A DNA stretch of 64,000 nucleotides from Rhodospirillaceae bacterium (GTDB lineage Bacteria > Pseudomonadota > Alphaproteobacteria > SMXQ01), in NCBI GenBank assembly GCA_947474495.1, contig CANJIM010000002.1:14978-78977 (forward strand), written 5' to 3'. Positions 63,041 to 64,000 of this stretch are shown here, piece by piece. A program made the translations under genes and the position numbers. Position 1 is the first letter of the stretch. Every line of letters starts with the position of its first letter. The notes beneath the pieces were generated by a model. That model was not told where the DNA came from. It did not search any database and worked only from the letters and a program-made list of their open reading frames with translations.

Positions 63041-63994
63041 ATGCCGGCGGATACGCGCGAGCGCATCCTCGTCATCAAGCTCGGCGCCCTCGGCGATTTC
63101 GTCCTCGCCACCGGGCCCTTCAAGGCGATCCGCCGAGCCCATCCGAACGCGCATCTCACGCTGCTGACAATTCCGTCGCTCGCCGGCTTGGGCCGCGCGA
63201 TGGGGTGGTTTGACGAGGTGTGGACCGATGCGCGGCCGTCATTCTGGAATGTCGGCGGCTGGTGGTCGCTGTCGCGCAAGTTGAACGGGGCGCAGTTCTC
63301 GCGCGTCTACGATCTGCAGACCTCCGACCGTTCGAGCTTTTATTTCCGCCTGATGTCGCCGCCGTTCGGCAAGGCGCCGCAATGGTCGGGCATCGCCAAG
63401 GGCGCATCACACCCGCATGCCAATCCGCGCCGCGACTTCCTGCATACGGTCGAGCGGCAGAAAGAGCAGCTTGCGGCCATCGGCATTGCCGACGTGCCGC
63501 CGCCCGATCTCTCCTGGGCCAGCGCCGAGCTGGCGCGGTTCGAGTTGCCGCCATCCTACGCGTTGCTGGTGCCAGGCGGCTCGGCGCACCGGCCGGAGAA
63601 GCGTTGGCCGGCGACCCATTACGCCGAATTGGCCCGTCGTCTCAGCGCGATCGGCACGACGCCCCTGTTGATCGGCGCGACTGCCGAGCGCGCCGAATTG
63701 GCGGCGATCGCCGCCGCTGCGCCTGGTGCGCGCGACTTGTGCGGCCAGACGTCCTTCACGGAGATCATCGCCCTGGCGCGCGGCGCGCGCCTCGCGGTCG
63801 GCAACGACACTGGCCCGATGCATCTGATCGCCGCCGCCGGCTGTCCGACGGTGGTTCTGTTCTCGCACGCGTCGGATCCGGCGCTCTGCGCCCCGCGTTC
63901 GCCAGGTGGCGACAGCGTCGCCGTACTGCGCCGGCCCGACCTCGCCGGGCTGATGCCCGACGAGGTGTTGGCGAGTTTGCCCGCCTCCGTTTGA
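63041..63994 (+). CDS. Glycosyltransferase family 9 (heptosyltransferase-like)
   Basis: 317 aa with an N-terminal RILVIKLGALGDFVLATGPFKAIR motif typical of GT9. It starts 2 nt after the GT4 gene stop. Confidence 0.75.
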   Translation: MPADTRERILVIKLGALGDFVLATGPFKAIRRAHPNAHLTLLTIPSLAGLGRAMGWFDEVWTDARPSFWNVGGWWSLSRKLNGAQFSRVYDLQTSDRSSFYFRLMSPPFGKAPQWSGIAKGASHPHANPRRDFLHTVERQKEQLAAIGIADVPPPDLSWASAELARFELPPSYALLVPGGSAHRPEKRWPATHYAELARRLSAIGTTPLLIGATAERAELAAIAAAAPGARDLCGQTSFTEIIALARGARLAVGNDTGPMHLIAAAGCPTVVLFSHASDPALCAPRSPGGDSVAVLRRPDLAGLMPDEVLASLPASV

Positions 63995-64000
63995 TCGTAA

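Overview
This is a high-GC (~65-67%) alphaproteobacterial chromosome segment, Rhizobiales-like, and almost all of it is conserved core genome. There are about 60 protein-coding genes, two tRNAs (tRNA-Ala GGC and tRNA-Leu CAG), no rRNA, no CRISPR array, and no recognisable transposase or integrase.

The main blocks, in order:
- a NicO-family Ni/Co transporter, then the ChvI/ChvG (ExoS) two-component system;
- the nitrogen-type phosphotransferase (PTS-Ntr) module hprK-rapZ-EIIA(Man)-HPr, with the genes joined by 4-nt ATGA overlaps;
- ahcY, a PAS sensor histidine kinase, and a ferredoxin-NADP reductase;
- a tightly coupled tsaE-amgK-murU-addB-addA operon, then trxA;
- a minus-strand run folC-accD-trpA-trpB-trpF-pyrF-lapA-ihfB-sppA-rpsA-cmk-aroA;
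- tRNA-Ala followed by a short accessory-looking segment (lipoprotein, a 659-aa RTX-type calcium-binding repeat protein, an HtrA-like protease) with an AT-rich divergent promoter region;
- an hsp20-DUF1150 heat-shock pair whose leader contains a ROSE-like RNA-thermometer hairpin;
- the rpoN cluster kdsD-lptC-lptA-lptB-rpoN-hpf-ptsN;
- rnd, tRNA-Leu, and uppP;
- gltD-gltB (glutamate synthase) behind an unusually long 538-nt leader that carries repeat elements;
- a signal-peptide-bearing SAM methyltransferase-like protein;
- an APC-family permease, a GST, and miscellaneous periplasmic and envelope proteins;
- a GT4 + GT9 glycosyltransferase pair at the end.

I did not find a self-contained novel defence or mobile system. 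The observations most worth a second look:
- a NikR-like inverted repeat upstream of the NicO transporter gene;
- a perfect 21-bp AT palindrome at the window start;
- an AT-rich palindromic island plus tandem hairpins upstream of ahcY;
- the Shine-Dalgarno-masking bulged-G hairpin upstream of hsp20;
- the repeat-decorated gltD leader;
- the exported methyltransferase-like protein;
- the tRNA-Ala-adjacent RTX/protease segment.

Many first-ATG ORFs here carry Pro/Ala/Arg-rich N-terminal extensions. These are most likely start-codon artefacts of the high GC content, and I trimmed them where homology allowed.
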